64,000 bases of DNA. Source: Myxococcota bacterium (GTDB lineage Bacteria > Myxococcota_A > UBA9160 > SZUA-336). A model generated the notes under the pieces. That model worked only from the letters and a program-made list of their open reading frames with translations, was not told the origin of the DNA and searched no databases. Made by a program: the position numbers and the translations under genes. This document shows, piece by piece, positions 40,821 to 51,879 of this stretch; the stretch's first letter is position 1, and each line of letters starts with the position of its first letter. The DNA lies in NCBI GenBank assembly GCA_965247115.1, contig CBDFGR010000002.1, positions 128,001 to 192,000 on the forward strand, in the 5' to 3' direction.

Positions 40821-43052
40821 TCAGCTCCGAACGAGCGGCAGCTCGACGATCACCCGCAGACCACGGGGCTGGTTCGAGCGCACGCGGATCGTTCCGGAAT
40901 GGTCGGAGACGATGCGGCTGACGATGGCGAGCCCGAGGCCTGAGCCCCGACTCTTCGTGGAGTAGTAGGGCTCGAAGAGCTGGGCGCGATCCTCGGCCGG
41001 GACGCCGCAGCCCGTGTCCGCAACCTCGAGCTGGACCGTCCCGAGCGCGCCGTCCATGCGTGTTGACACCGCAATGGCGCGCTCTGCGCCTTCGGCCTCG
41101 TCGATGGCCGCCATCGCGTTGTCGACCAGGTTCAGGATCACGCGCTTGATCTGCTCGCGGTCGAGATCGAACGGCGGGAGCGCCTCGGCCAGATCGGTCT
41201 TGAAGAGGATCGAGCGTCGGCCCTGGTACATCGACACGGTCTCCACGACGAGCTGGTTGAGATCGGTCGGCGCGGGATCGGTCGCGGGCAAGCGCGCGAA
41301 ATTCGAGAACTCGGCGAGCAGATTCTTCATCGCGCCCACCTCGCTGGTGATCGCGTCGGTGCACTGGGCGAGCAGCTTCTCGGACTCGGAGTCTGCGAGG
41401 CTACCGGCCAGCTTGCGGCGCAAGCGCTGCGCGGAGAGCTGGATGGGCGTCAGCGGGTTCTTGATCTCGTGCGCGATGCGTCGCGCGATCTCGCGCCACG
41501 CGGCCATTCGCTGCACCTTGAGGATCTCGGACACGTCGTCGATCACGACGACGTAGCCGGCGGCCGCGCCCTCGAGGTCGAGCCGCGACACGGTCCAGTT
41601 CAAGGTCCGCAGCTCTTCGCCCACCACGATCGAGAGCTGCTTGCGCACGGTCTCGTAGGCGCCCGCGCCGAGCCGCCGCTGCAGGCTGCTCAGCGTGTCG
41701 AGGGCCTCTCCTTCGATCAGCTCCCCGATCTTGTGTCCCACCGAGTCGTTGCGGGTGATGCCGAGCAGCCGGCTCACCGAAGGGTTGATGGTCAGGATCA
41801 CACCATCCGAATCGAGCGAGAGTACTCCGGCAGCGACGCTGCGAAGGATGATCTCCATCTGGGCACGGCGGCGCTCGAGGTCTTCGCGGCTGAAGGAGAG
41901 ATCCGTGGCCATCCGGTTGAAAGAGCCCATGAGTTGCGCGAGCTCGTCCCCTCCGCTGGGGTCGAGGTGGACGTCGAGGTTCCCGGCCGCGACCTCGGCG
42001 GTCGCCCTGGCCAGGCGTTGAATCGGATCGGTCACCTGCTTGGCGAGTCGAAACCCGAGCCACGTCGAGAACAGGAGCGAGAGTAGAGTGATCATCGCGA
42101 GCAACACGAGCATGCTCGCCTGGAAGGTCCCCTCACTGGGTTGCAAGCGCCGGTACGCGTCGGTGGCCGCCTGGATCGCGGCCACGTGGGTGCCGATCGC
42201 GCGCGGAACAAAGCGATTGACCACGACCACGCCCACGATGTCCGCGCGATTGAAGGTGGAGTGTACCGGCACGACCGCGCGGATCAGCTCGCCCTGCCCC
42301 GCCTTCTGGATCAGCGTGCGCGAAACGCCTTCCAGGCCTGCCGCTATGAAGCTCGAGTCCGGCGCCTCGAACGCGACGACCGCCACCTCTGGGTGAATCG
42401 CCGTCGCGAGCTCCTCGTGCTGAGCGCTGAACACCTCGACGACGCCCAGGTCGTAGTCTGCCGGTTTGGCCTCGGCGAAGGCTCGCAGCTCCTCCAGCGA
42501 GTCCTCGCGTAGGAGCCGTCGCTGCTCGATCTCCGCTGCAATGCGGCGCGCGAAGTAGAGCGCGCGATCCTCGGCATCCGAGTAGTACGCGTCGGCCACC
42601 TCCAGGGATTGATCGAGTCCGTCGGATAGCTCGAGCTCGAACCAGACGTTTATGGCGCGCGAGACCACGAACGCGGAGAGAGCAAACATGGCGATCGACG
42701 ACAGCGCGGCCGCAAAGCCGACCGACACCACGAACTTGGTGTTGAGCTTGGAGCCGATGATGCCGCGGCGACGCTCGATGACCAGCTTGGCGACGTTCCG
42801 ACCCAGGAGGAAGACAAGAACGCCGATCCCGATCACGTTCAGGTGAACGAGGGCCAGGAAGACCAGGTCGCTGCCGATCGGCAACGAGCGAGACGATGTC
42901 AGCAGGCTCTGCTCTGCAGCGACGATGACCGCCAGGCCGACCCCGACCAGCCCCGCCAGACGCCAGTCTCGGCGCCTGCGGCGCCGTTCCGCCGGCGGCA
43001 GGGTAGCCCGACCGCGCGGGGCCGGCTCCGGAGGCGTCACAGTTGCTGCCAC
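40821..43052 (-). CDS. Sensor histidine kinase (NtrY-like; TM-HAMP-PAS-HisKA-HATPase)
   Basis: AWREIARRIAHEIKNPLTPIQLSAQRL, NLVDNA, DTGCG, GSGLGL. Confidence 0.93.
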   Translation of the reverse strand: MAATVTPPEPAPRGRATLPPAERRRRRRDWRLAGLVGVGLAVIVAAEQSLLTSSRSLPIGSDLVFLALVHLNVIGIGVLVFLLGRNVAKLVIERRRGIIGSKLNTKFVVSVGFAAALSSIAMFALSAFVVSRAINVWFELELSDGLDQSLEVADAYYSDAEDRALYFARRIAAEIEQRRLLREDSLEELRAFAEAKPADYDLGVVEVFSAQHEELATAIHPEVAVVAFEAPDSSFIAAGLEGVSRTLIQKAGQGELIRAVVPVHSTFNRADIVGVVVVNRFVPRAIGTHVAAIQAATDAYRRLQPSEGTFQASMLVLLAMITLLSLLFSTWLGFRLAKQVTDPIQRLARATAEVAAGNLDVHLDPSGGDELAQLMGSFNRMATDLSFSREDLERRRAQMEIILRSVAAGVLSLDSDGVILTINPSVSRLLGITRNDSVGHKIGELIEGEALDTLSSLQRRLGAGAYETVRKQLSIVVGEELRTLNWTVSRLDLEGAAAGYVVVIDDVSEILKVQRMAAWREIARRIAHEIKNPLTPIQLSAQRLRRKLAGSLADSESEKLLAQCTDAITSEVGAMKNLLAEFSNFARLPATDPAPTDLNQLVVETVSMYQGRRSILFKTDLAEALPPFDLDREQIKRVILNLVDNAMAAIDEAEGAERAIAVSTRMDGALGTVQLEVADTGCGVPAEDRAQLFEPYYSTKSRGSGLGLAIVSRIVSDHSGTIRVRSNQPRGLRVIVELPLVRS

Positions 43053-43193
43053 TCGAGCAGAACGCTACCCCAGCCGGAGGCTTTGTTCCAACCCCATTTG
43101 TGCGCGCCTTCAGTACATAAGCCGCCGGAAAGTCTTCGCTTTGGCCTTCTTTTGGTTCAAGCGACGTGGCTTTTTTACCGATGAGCCCTAGTC

Positions 43194-46100
43194 GTGGAGC
43201 CCAACACGTCGCCGGCCATGGACGACTCGCGCGTTCAGCGTCTGCTCGAGCAATTTGCCGTCGACCCGAGCGACACCCCCGCCTTTCGCACCCTCGAGGA
43301 GCACCTGTTCTTCGTCGAGGCGTGGCAGCAGCTCGCGGGCGTGTACGAGTGTCGTATCTCGGCCACTCCTGACGCGGATCCCGAGCGCGAGCGCTTGCTC
43401 CTGCGGCTCGCGACCGTGCTCGAGGAGCGCCTTGCAGATGTCGACGGTGCGAGGCAGCGACTCGAGGAGCTGCTGCGTCAGAACTCCGAGCACGCCGAGG
43501 GCCTGGCGTCTCTGCGGCGTCTGCACACCCGGGCCGGTGAGCTGACCGCGGCTCTTCAGCTCGCCGAGATCGAGGAGGGTCTACCGCTTCGCGCGCTGGA
43601 TCGCGCGAAGGTGCTGGCCGAAATCGGCTCGCTGTGGAACCGCGCGGGAGACCCGACCGAAGCAGAGCGTCGTCTGGAAGAGGCGCTACAGCTCGATCCG
43701 AGCTGCGATCTGGCACTGGAGGAGCGCGCGAACGGAGCGGCGGAGCTCGGGAGGAACGAGGAGGCACTCCGGCTCCACGCCGTACGTGTGAAGTCCCTGG
43801 TGGGGGCCGCGCGCTGCGACGTGCTCGGTCAGATGGTCGAGCTCTTGCCCCCAGCACAGAAGGATCGAATTGGCACCCTGCTGCGCGAGATCGTGCGTCA
43901 GTTTCCCGACCGCCCGGACCCGATCCGTCGCTTGATCGAGATCGAGTCCGAAGCTCGGGAGTACGAACGGGTCGACGAGCTGCAGCGGGCTCTCTGGAAA
44001 GCCCTGCGAGATCCCGTCGAGCGTGTGCGCCTGGCACTGGAGGCGTCCGCGCTGCAGCTGCGGGAGGCTGCCGACCTGGGGGCCGCGTTCTACTGGGCGG
44101 ACCTGACAGACGAGGTAGCACCGGGAGACATCGACGTGCAGGAGCTGCGCGCCAGGTTGTTCCGGCGCACGGGCCAGAGCGAGAACCTGATCGCCACACT
44201 CGAGAAGCTCGTCCGCATAGACGGACCGACGCAAATGCGCCTGCTCGAGCTCGCCGTGCTGCAGGAGCGTGAAGGGCGACCCGAGCTGGCCACCGAGTGG
44301 CTCCAGCTACTGCTGGAGCAGAATCCCGGCGATGGCGAAGCACTGCAGGCGCTCGACCGCTGTCTCGTGACCCTCGGCCGGCACGGGGAGCGCGCTCGGC
44401 TGCTCGAGCGGCGCGCCCAAGACGCGAAGAGCCCCGGCGAGGCCGCCGACCTCTTGTGCGAGCTGGCCGACCTCTGCATCGGGCCGCTCCAGGACCTGCC
44501 CGCCGGAGAGGACGCCTATCGCAGGGCGCTCGAGCGCGTCGATCACTCGGCAGCCTCCGAAGGCCTGCGGCAGCTCCTCGCCAAAGGCGAGCGCTTTGCG
44601 GATCTCGCCCGACTCCTCGAGCAGCTGGTGGGTCGGGAGACCAGGTCGAAAGTCCGCTCCGAGCTCCTGACGGAGCTCGGAGAGGTCCGGCTCCAGTCGC
44701 TTGCCGACGCTTCCGGCGCTCGCGAAGCCTTCAGCCGGGCACTCGATGCCGATCCGGAGGCACGCTCGGCGCTCCAGGGCCTGCGCAATGTTGCGGATTC
44801 CAACGGGGACTCCGGCGCGCTGCTGGAGGCCTGTCAGCGGGAGGTCGAGCTCGAGCCCGATCCGGCTCAGCAGATCGCTCTCTTGCGGGAGCTCGTGGGC
44901 GTTGCGCGCTCGGCCGAGCAGCTGCCCCGCGCGCGACGCGCCGCCCAAGCCTGGACCGAGCTCGAGGCGTCGCGCGAGTCGCTCGAGGCGCTTGCCGACA
45001 TCGGCCGCAGCATGAACGACGAGAGCTGCGAGCGCGGTGCGCTCGAAGCGCTCGAGGCGGTCCTGGCCGACGAGCCGGGGGCGCGTGCCCGGGTGCTCGC
45101 CCGCCTCGGCGAGCTCGCTCTCGAGCTGGCAGATCCAAACGCCCTGAGCGTTGCCTGTCACTGGTATCGCGAAGCCCTGGTGCAGGCTCCAGACGAGGCC
45201 GTGCGTTCCAAGCTGATCGAGCTGTACAGGGCGGGCGGCCAGCTTGCAGAGCTGGTCCACGAGCTCCGCGCCCGACTCGAGACCCTCGCTGGCCAGGAGA
45301 CGATCCCGTGCCGAGTCGAGCTTGCCGAGGCCCTGCGCCAGCTGGGGGATCTCTCTGCTGCCATTGAGATCCTCTGGCCTGCGTTCGAGGACGATCCCGG
45401 CCATCCGGACATTGCGGAGTCGCTCGAGGTCTTGCTCCGGGAGCAGGGCCGGGACGAACAGCTCCGTGAGGTGCTCGGTCGTCGGCTCTCCGCGGAACGC
45501 GAGCCCACGCGACGCCGCGGCGTTGCACAGAAGCTCGCCGAGCTCCTGCTCGACGGGCAGGGGCGAGCCCCCGACGCTGTGGCCGTCCTGCGCGAGGTCG
45601 CGGACCCCAGTCGCAACGAGAGCCTGGAGGCGCTGTTCGAGCGCGCCCTCGAAGCATCGAGCGTACGGGGGGAACGCGAGTCCTGGCTGCGCTCGCGCAC
45701 GGCGCACGTCGACGCGCCGCAGCAGGTCGAGCTGCTTCTGCAGCTGTCCGCTATCCAGGCGGAAGACGGGCGGCGCGACGAAGCGATCGAGACCGTACGC
45801 CGCGCGCACCGGTTGCCGGCCGGCGCGGCTCTCGAGAGCGTCCAGAGCCGGCTGCTGAGCTTGCTACGCGGGCACCGCTCGTCCCGCGAGCAGCTCGACC
45901 TGCTGGGAGAGCTACTCGAAGAGACGGAAGAGCCCGCACCCCGCGCGGCTTTCCTGATTGAGCGCGCCCGCATTCAGGCGGACGACCTGGATGCGCCGGA
46001 CCGCGCGATCGAGGAGCTCGAGCAGGCGCAGCAAGAGGCGGAGCTCAGTGCGGACGAGCTCGGAGTCGTCTCGAACCTGTATGCGCGCACCGGTGCTGTG

Positions 46101-49100
46101 GTTCAGCAGGCCAGCGCCCTGGGCGCGCTCGCCAAGCTGACGAAAGATCGAGACGAGCGGCGCCGCACGCTGCTTCGGTTGGCTGCACTTCGTCTGGACG
46201 GTCCAAGCGCTGCGAGAGATCGTGACGAGGCCGAGGTTGGGTTGCGGCAGGTCCTGGAGCTGGATCCAGCGGATCGAGAGGCCTTCGATCGACTGCTCGC
46301 GCTCTACGACGAGGACTTGCGCAGCACCGACGTGTGCAAGCTCCTGCAGGCCCGCCTGGCGCTCCCCGAGCTGCGGACGAGCGAGCGTAGCTCGCTAGCG
46401 CTCCGCCTGGCCACGCTACAGATGGAGCTTGGCCAGCCGGAGACCGCTGCGGAGACGGTCCGAACCGCGCGCGCCGCGGGCATCGATCGGGCGGCACTGA
46501 ACGAGCTCCTGTTCGCGGCGCTCGAGGCCGGAGGCGAGGCCGAGGACAGCGCGGAGCTGTCCGAGGAGCGGGCCCGCGTGGAGAGTGGGACCGAGCGTGC
46601 GCGCTGGCTGAAGCGCTGGCTGGACACCCACGCGATCGATGGAGACTCCGCCCGCGAGCGGCTCGAGCGGGTCAACGAGCTGCTCGCAGAGCGGCCCAGC
46701 GACGCGGAGCTCATCGCGCTCCGCCTACCGCTGCTCCGCGAGCTCGGGCTGCTGACGGAGCTGGCCGAAGCCCTGGAGGACATCGTGAGCGGCAGGTCGC
46801 CACTTCCCGACGGACGTCGCAGCGTATGTCTGCGCGAGCTACTCCAGCTGTATGAAGGGGCGCTTTCGCTGCCGGAACGCGCGCTCGAGTGGATCGAATC
46901 CGAGGTGGAGACCGAGCCCAGTCTGCGTCTGCGCGGCGCGGACCTGGCGCGCGATCTCGGACAACCCGCGCGCGAGGCGGCGTTGCTGGGGCCGCTCGTT
47001 CAAAGCGATGGGCCAGCTACACCAGACTGCGTACGCCGTCTCGGACTCGCGCTCTGGCAGAGTGAGGATCCTGGCGCTGCGGAGCAGCTGCTCTGGCGTG
47101 CTCTCGATAACGATCCGAAAGATCGCGAAGCCCTCGAGGCCCTGCAGGCCTTGACCGAGGAGCGGGCCGACCCGGTGGGCCTGCTCCGGGTCCTCGACGC
47201 GCGCTTCTCGCTCGAGTCCGGGGCGACACGCAAGACTGTCGCCCGCGAGGGTCTCGAGCTGGCTGCTCGCGAGGGTCAGAGCCCGCTCGAGCTGCGCTGG
47301 CTTCGGCGCGTGCAGTTCCTCGAGCCGCTAGCCATCAAGGAGCGGGCGCGCTGGCTGGAGCTCGAACGCGAGCTCGGCGATCGACCCGGCATCCTCCTCG
47401 CACTCAAGGCCCTGCGTCAGACTGCTCTCTCGCCACTCGAGGTGTCGGAGCTCCTGGCGGCGGAGGCGGACATCCACGTCGAGTGCGGCCAGCTCGGGCT
47501 CGCGCGCGAGGGGTACACAGAGACGATCCGGATTTCCGCCAATCCTCCAGTAGCCTGGCTCCAGGCACTCGAGGTCATCCTCAAAAGTCGGGGCCAACTG
47601 TCTGAACGTGCTGAGCTCTTGCACCAGCTCTCGACCCATCCCGACCTCTCTCTCGAGGAGCGGCGGGTCTGGCAGGAGGGTCGCTTCGCCCTGCTCACGT
47701 CGCATCCGGAGCTCTGCGAGGCTGCTGCCGTCGAGCTGCGCAGCCTGGCGTCGAGTGCGGAGACGGATCCCGCGCTTCGAATCGAGCGGATGCGCCAGCT
47801 GCTCGGCGTCTACGAGGAGCTGGAGCGCAGCGCCGACTGGTGCGAGCTCGCTGCGGAGCTCGTGCCAATGCTGCCCGAGGACGAGCGCAGGGACCTGCAG
47901 CGTCAGGTCGCCTCCCGACTTGCGCAGCCGCTCTACGATGTCGAGCGGGCGACGGCAGCCTGGGAGTCGCTCCTATCCGAGCTGCCAGAGGACACCGAGG
48001 CGCTCGAGGCCCTCGCCTCGCTGTTGCGACGTCCCTCCACCGAAGCTCGCCTGGCCGAGGTGCTCGAACGCTGGGCGGACTGCGGCGCGCCCGAGCCTGC
48101 GGCGTGCTGGCTCGAGGCCGCGGAGCTGCGCTGGCGCGAGCTGCGTGACGCCTCCGGTGCGCTCGCCGACGCCGATCGTGCCCTCGAGATCGACACGACA
48201 CTCGAGCCGGCACATGCCCTGCGCAGCGAGCTGTGTGCGCATCTCGACCGGGTGGAGGACGAGGCCACGTCACTGGAGGCGCTGATCGAGGCGGACCCGA
48301 AGAATCCTCAGGCGACGGAGTGGTGGCTTCGTCTGGCCCAGATCGCAGCCCGAGAGCCCACGGGTCGGGAGCGGGCCGAGGAGGCGGTCGACCGTGTCCT
48401 GGAGCTCGGCGCTACCACCATGGCCCAGGCGACCGGGCTCCGAGCGGTTCTGGAGCGCCTGGGAGATTGGTCCAGGGCAGCCGACCTGCTCCACACGGAG
48501 ATCGATGCGGCGGAACCCGCGGACAAACCCGACCTCCTGCGCCGCCTGGCGCGCGTCAGCTGGGATGAGCTCCACCACGCCGAGGACACCTCGAGCGCGT
48601 TGGCCGCACTGTCCGAACACACAGCGCTCGACGCGGAGGAGCACGAGCGCTGGGCCGAGGCGCTGGCGAGCCTGGGGAGCTGGCCCGAGACGATTGCGCA
48701 ACGGCGCGCTGCTCTCGAGGCCGCGGGCGAGCAGACCACCGCGCGCGCCTGGCTCGAGCTGGCCCAGCAGATCCTCGAGAAGCTCGACGACCTCTCCCAG
48801 GCGTGCGAGGCCTGTGATCGGGCGCTGGCCCTCGAGTCGGACGACGTCGAGGCCTTGAGACTGCGGGCCACTCTTGCAACCCGGCTCGACGATCCGCTGA
48901 GAGAGCTCGAGATCCGCGAGCGACTCGTCGACCTGCTCGTCGACGAGAGGGCGGCGGCGCGCTCTAGCGCGCGGGCCGGGGACCTCGTTCGGGAACACAC
49001 GGACGATATCGGTCGCGCGATGAACCTGTATCGCCTCGCCCTGCGCCGGGATCCTTCGCTCCTGACCGCACTGCTCGGGGCTGGCGAGCTTGCGTTGCAG

Positions 49101-50924
49101 CTGGGGGAGTGGGCCGAGGCGGAGCGGCGTCTCGGAACCGCATGCTCCATCTTGCCGGAGAGCGAGCTCTGCGAACGCCTGGCGGACACCGCCCTCGGCG
49201 CGGCGACGGCCGCCGCACAACTGCAGCGGCATGCAGAGGCATTTCGCTACCTCGAGCTCTCCCTGCAGCAACAGCCCGAGCACCCGGGCGCGCTCGATGC
49301 GATGACGGAGCTCAGCCTGCGGCTCGGATCCTATGAGCGCGCGCTCGATTGCCTGCGCGCGCGCCTGGACACGGGTGCGCTGGAGCCCTATACGCGTGCC
49401 GATCGCCTGGTCCAGCTCGCCCAGGCCTACGAGGGCGTCGGGCGTCGAGAGGAGGCCGCGAACGCGCTCGAGGAAGTCCTCTCGATCCGGCCTCAAGACG
49501 AGATCACCCGGGCACGAACCGTCGACCTACTCGAGCAGCTTGGCGAGACCGAGCGCGCCATCGCCCAGGTCGAGGACTGGATCGAGCGCTCCGCCTCCGA
49601 GTTCGTGCCCCGCCTGGAGCTGCGCGCGGCCCGGTTGGAGCGCACGCTCGAACGCCGCACGGAGGCCCGCCGACGGCTCGAGCGGGTCGTGGAGGCAGAC
49701 GATCCCCCGGCCGCTGCCTGGGTGGATCTGGCGGAGCTCACGCTGGCGGACCTCGAGCCCGAGAGAGTCCTCGCCATCGCGCGCCGGGGACTCGACCGGG
49801 TCGAGACCCTGAGCGATCGGGCGGCTCTGCTCTGGACGGAGACCCGCGCCCTCGACGCGCTCGAACGCGAAGATGAGACCGCCGAGGCGGCCATGGAGAC
49901 GCTGACCCTCTACCCGGGAAACGTCGCGTGTGCCGAGCTTCTGGCCGGGAAGCTGTCCGCCCCCATCGACCGAGAGCGAGCGGTACGAGAGATCGAGCGC
50001 TCCCTCGATACGGGGAACGCAAGCCCCGCCGCAGAGGCGGCTCTGTGGGAGGCGATCGGACGAGCCTACTCCGGTCCGCTGCAAGCCATCGAGCGCGCCC
50101 AGCTCTGCTACCGGCGAGCACTCGAGTGCAATCCGCACCGCTCCAGCACCACCGAGGTGCTGGCAGACACCGCGGCCCTAGACCCCTCCTCCCACCACGA
50201 GTCGATCCACATGCATCGCAAGCTGCTGGACGAGTTCCCCGCCCGGCTGGGTAGCTGGAACGCCATCAGGCTGATTGGCGCGCATTGGAAACGGGAGCGC
50301 AGCCAGTCGACCAGCGAGCTCGTGCTGCGTGCGCTCGGTGTTCGCTCGGACGAGTTCGGGAGCAGACGCGCTCGGCCGCTGGTCGACGCCGGGCCTCCGG
50401 CTCAGGCCGAGCTACGCGCAGCGAGTCTGCTGCTGCGCACGCTCGCGGGTCGTGGCTCCGAGGATCCCGCGCCCCGCAGCGACGACGCAGGACTCCCCGA
50501 GGAGCTTCGCCGCGAGCTCACCAAGATCGCCGGTCCCCTCTGGAACCTGCCCGACGAGACCCTTTCCCAGGTCTGGCGAGAGCCCCTCGGCGAGGATCGG
50601 GATCCTGCACACTGGCTGACGCGGCGCACGCGCCGCCGCCTGCGCCGCGTTCTCGATGCGGTCGAGCTCGACTCTCTCCACTCCGTTGAAACAGCGAGCT
50701 GGCGCGCTGAGGTCCTGGCAGAGGCGGCCGCACGCACCCTGGAGCGGGGCCACCTCGACCTCGACGATCTCCTCCACGCCCTCCTGGGCGTCTGGCCAGC
50801 CACCCGTCACCTCGAGACAAAACCTGCCGACAACTCCGGCGCCGTCATCCAGATCTGCCCCCCCGCCCGCCGCCTACTCCTCCGCATCGCCACCGCCACC
50901 CTAAGCGGACTGGGCCTCTCCTAG
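43194..50924 (+). CDS. Giant (2576 aa) TPR/alpha-solenoid repeat protein
   Basis: Uninterrupted ORF with host codon pattern; recurring A...ALELDP....AL..L helical repeats. Confidence 0.88.
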   Translation: MEPNTSPAMDDSRVQRLLEQFAVDPSDTPAFRTLEEHLFFVEAWQQLAGVYECRISATPDADPERERLLLRLATVLEERLADVDGARQRLEELLRQNSEHAEGLASLRRLHTRAGELTAALQLAEIEEGLPLRALDRAKVLAEIGSLWNRAGDPTEAERRLEEALQLDPSCDLALEERANGAAELGRNEEALRLHAVRVKSLVGAARCDVLGQMVELLPPAQKDRIGTLLREIVRQFPDRPDPIRRLIEIESEAREYERVDELQRALWKALRDPVERVRLALEASALQLREAADLGAAFYWADLTDEVAPGDIDVQELRARLFRRTGQSENLIATLEKLVRIDGPTQMRLLELAVLQEREGRPELATEWLQLLLEQNPGDGEALQALDRCLVTLGRHGERARLLERRAQDAKSPGEAADLLCELADLCIGPLQDLPAGEDAYRRALERVDHSAASEGLRQLLAKGERFADLARLLEQLVGRETRSKVRSELLTELGEVRLQSLADASGAREAFSRALDADPEARSALQGLRNVADSNGDSGALLEACQREVELEPDPAQQIALLRELVGVARSAEQLPRARRAAQAWTELEASRESLEALADIGRSMNDESCERGALEALEAVLADEPGARARVLARLGELALELADPNALSVACHWYREALVQAPDEAVRSKLIELYRAGGQLAELVHELRARLETLAGQETIPCRVELAEALRQLGDLSAAIEILWPAFEDDPGHPDIAESLEVLLREQGRDEQLREVLGRRLSAEREPTRRRGVAQKLAELLLDGQGRAPDAVAVLREVADPSRNESLEALFERALEASSVRGERESWLRSRTAHVDAPQQVELLLQLSAIQAEDGRRDEAIETVRRAHRLPAGAALESVQSRLLSLLRGHRSSREQLDLLGELLEETEEPAPRAAFLIERARIQADDLDAPDRAIEELEQAQQEAELSADELGVVSNLYARTGAVVQQASALGALAKLTKDRDERRRTLLRLAALRLDGPSAARDRDEAEVGLRQVLELDPADREAFDRLLALYDEDLRSTDVCKLLQARLALPELRTSERSSLALRLATLQMELGQPETAAETVRTARAAGIDRAALNELLFAALEAGGEAEDSAELSEERARVESGTERARWLKRWLDTHAIDGDSARERLERVNELLAERPSDAELIALRLPLLRELGLLTELAEALEDIVSGRSPLPDGRRSVCLRELLQLYEGALSLPERALEWIESEVETEPSLRLRGADLARDLGQPAREAALLGPLVQSDGPATPDCVRRLGLALWQSEDPGAAEQLLWRALDNDPKDREALEALQALTEERADPVGLLRVLDARFSLESGATRKTVAREGLELAAREGQSPLELRWLRRVQFLEPLAIKERARWLELERELGDRPGILLALKALRQTALSPLEVSELLAAEADIHVECGQLGLAREGYTETIRISANPPVAWLQALEVILKSRGQLSERAELLHQLSTHPDLSLEERRVWQEGRFALLTSHPELCEAAAVELRSLASSAETDPALRIERMRQLLGVYEELERSADWCELAAELVPMLPEDERRDLQRQVASRLAQPLYDVERATAAWESLLSELPEDTEALEALASLLRRPSTEARLAEVLERWADCGAPEPAACWLEAAELRWRELRDASGALADADRALEIDTTLEPAHALRSELCAHLDRVEDEATSLEALIEADPKNPQATEWWLRLAQIAAREPTGRERAEEAVDRVLELGATTMAQATGLRAVLERLGDWSRAADLLHTEIDAAEPADKPDLLRRLARVSWDELHHAEDTSSALAALSEHTALDAEEHERWAEALASLGSWPETIAQRRAALEAAGEQTTARAWLELAQQILEKLDDLSQACEACDRALALESDDVEALRLRATLATRLDDPLRELEIRERLVDLLVDERAAARSSARAGDLVREHTDDIGRAMNLYRLALRRDPSLLTALLGAGELALQLGEWAEAERRLGTACSILPESELCERLADTALGAATAAAQLQRHAEAFRYLELSLQQQPEHPGALDAMTELSLRLGSYERALDCLRARLDTGALEPYTRADRLVQLAQAYEGVGRREEAANALEEVLSIRPQDEITRARTVDLLEQLGETERAIAQVEDWIERSASEFVPRLELRAARLERTLERRTEARRRLERVVEADDPPAAAWVDLAELTLADLEPERVLAIARRGLDRVETLSDRAALLWTETRALDALEREDETAEAAMETLTLYPGNVACAELLAGKLSAPIDRERAVREIERSLDTGNASPAAEAALWEAIGRAYSGPLQAIERAQLCYRRALECNPHRSSTTEVLADTAALDPSSHHESIHMHRKLLDEFPARLGSWNAIRLIGAHWKRERSQSTSELVLRALGVRSDEFGSRRARPLVDAGPPAQAELRAASLLLRTLAGRGSEDPAPRSDDAGLPEELRRELTKIAGPLWNLPDETLSQVWREPLGEDRDPAHWLTRRTRRRLRRVLDAVELDSLHSVETASWRAEVLAEAAARTLERGHLDLDDLLHALLGVWPATRHLETKPADNSGAVIQICPPARRLLLRIATATLSGLGLS

Positions 50925-50964
50925 CCGTCCCGTCGCGCATCGGCAGAAGTCCGACGGCGCTACG

Positions 50965-51879
50965 TCAGCGAGCGAGAGCGAGCGGTCGGACCCGTGCGGG
51001 AACGCCCACCGGAACCGGACCGTGGGCACCGGGCACTTCCACCGTCCAGCAGCCCGGGTTCGCGCGGATCTCCGCGACGAGCGCCTGATGCAGCGCGTGC
51101 CCGCTCCGCATCGCCTTCACATGGCCGCGCAACCTGAGTCCGAGCAGCGCGAGGTCGCCCACCAGATCGAGCGCCTTGTGGCGCACGAACTCCTCGGGAA
51201 AGCGCAGCCCCTCGCGGTTGAGGACCCTGCGGTCGTCGAGCACGATTGCGTTCTGAAGAGAGCCACCCAGTGCGAGGCCGACCGCCTGCATCTTCTGCAC
51301 GTCGGCGAGGAAGCCGAAGGTCCGCGCCGGCGCGATCTCTCGCGAGTAGACCTCTGGTGTCACCTTCACCGTCGGGAACGACTGACGGCCGATCGAGGGG
51401 TGCGCGTAATCGATCCCCAGCGAGACCTTGAAGTCGCGGGAGGGCAGGACGCGGACCCAGCGATCGCCGTCTCGCACTTCGATCGGCTTGGTGATCACGA
51501 GCCTGCGGCGCATGCGCCGCTGCGGCTTGAGCCCCGCGTGCTGGATCATGTAGACGAACGGCGCCGCGCTGCCGTCCATGATCGGGAGCTCCGCGCCTCT
51601 ACACTCCACGGTGCAGTTGTCGACGCCCATACCGTAGAGGGCGGAGATCAAATGCTCGACCGTGGACAGGCGTGCATCCTGGTTACCGAGGGTGGTTGCC
51701 AGAGTCGTGTCGACGACCCACTCTGCCCGCGCCGGGAAGCGCACCGGCCGCGGCAGATCAGTCCGCAGCAGCAGGATCCCGGTGCCAGCAGCAGCGGGGC
51801 GCAGGACGAGGTCCACGGGCTTTCCGGAGTGCAGCCCGATCCCCGTACACTGCACTCGAGACGCGAGCGTGTGCTCCAC
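50965..51879 (-). CDS. lpxC: UDP-3-O-acyl-N-acetylglucosamine deacetylase
   Basis: GIGLHSG, STVEHL, PIMDGSA, ARTFGF, RHKALD. Confidence 0.96.
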   Translation of the reverse strand: MEHTLASRVQCTGIGLHSGKPVDLVLRPAAAGTGILLLRTDLPRPVRFPARAEWVVDTTLATTLGNQDARLSTVEHLISALYGMGVDNCTVECRGAELPIMDGSAAPFVYMIQHAGLKPQRRMRRRLVITKPIEVRDGDRWVRVLPSRDFKVSLGIDYAHPSIGRQSFPTVKVTPEVYSREIAPARTFGFLADVQKMQAVGLALGGSLQNAIVLDDRRVLNREGLRFPEEFVRHKALDLVGDLALLGLRLRGHVKAMRSGHALHQALVAEIRANPGCWTVEVPGAHGPVPVGVPARVRPLALAR

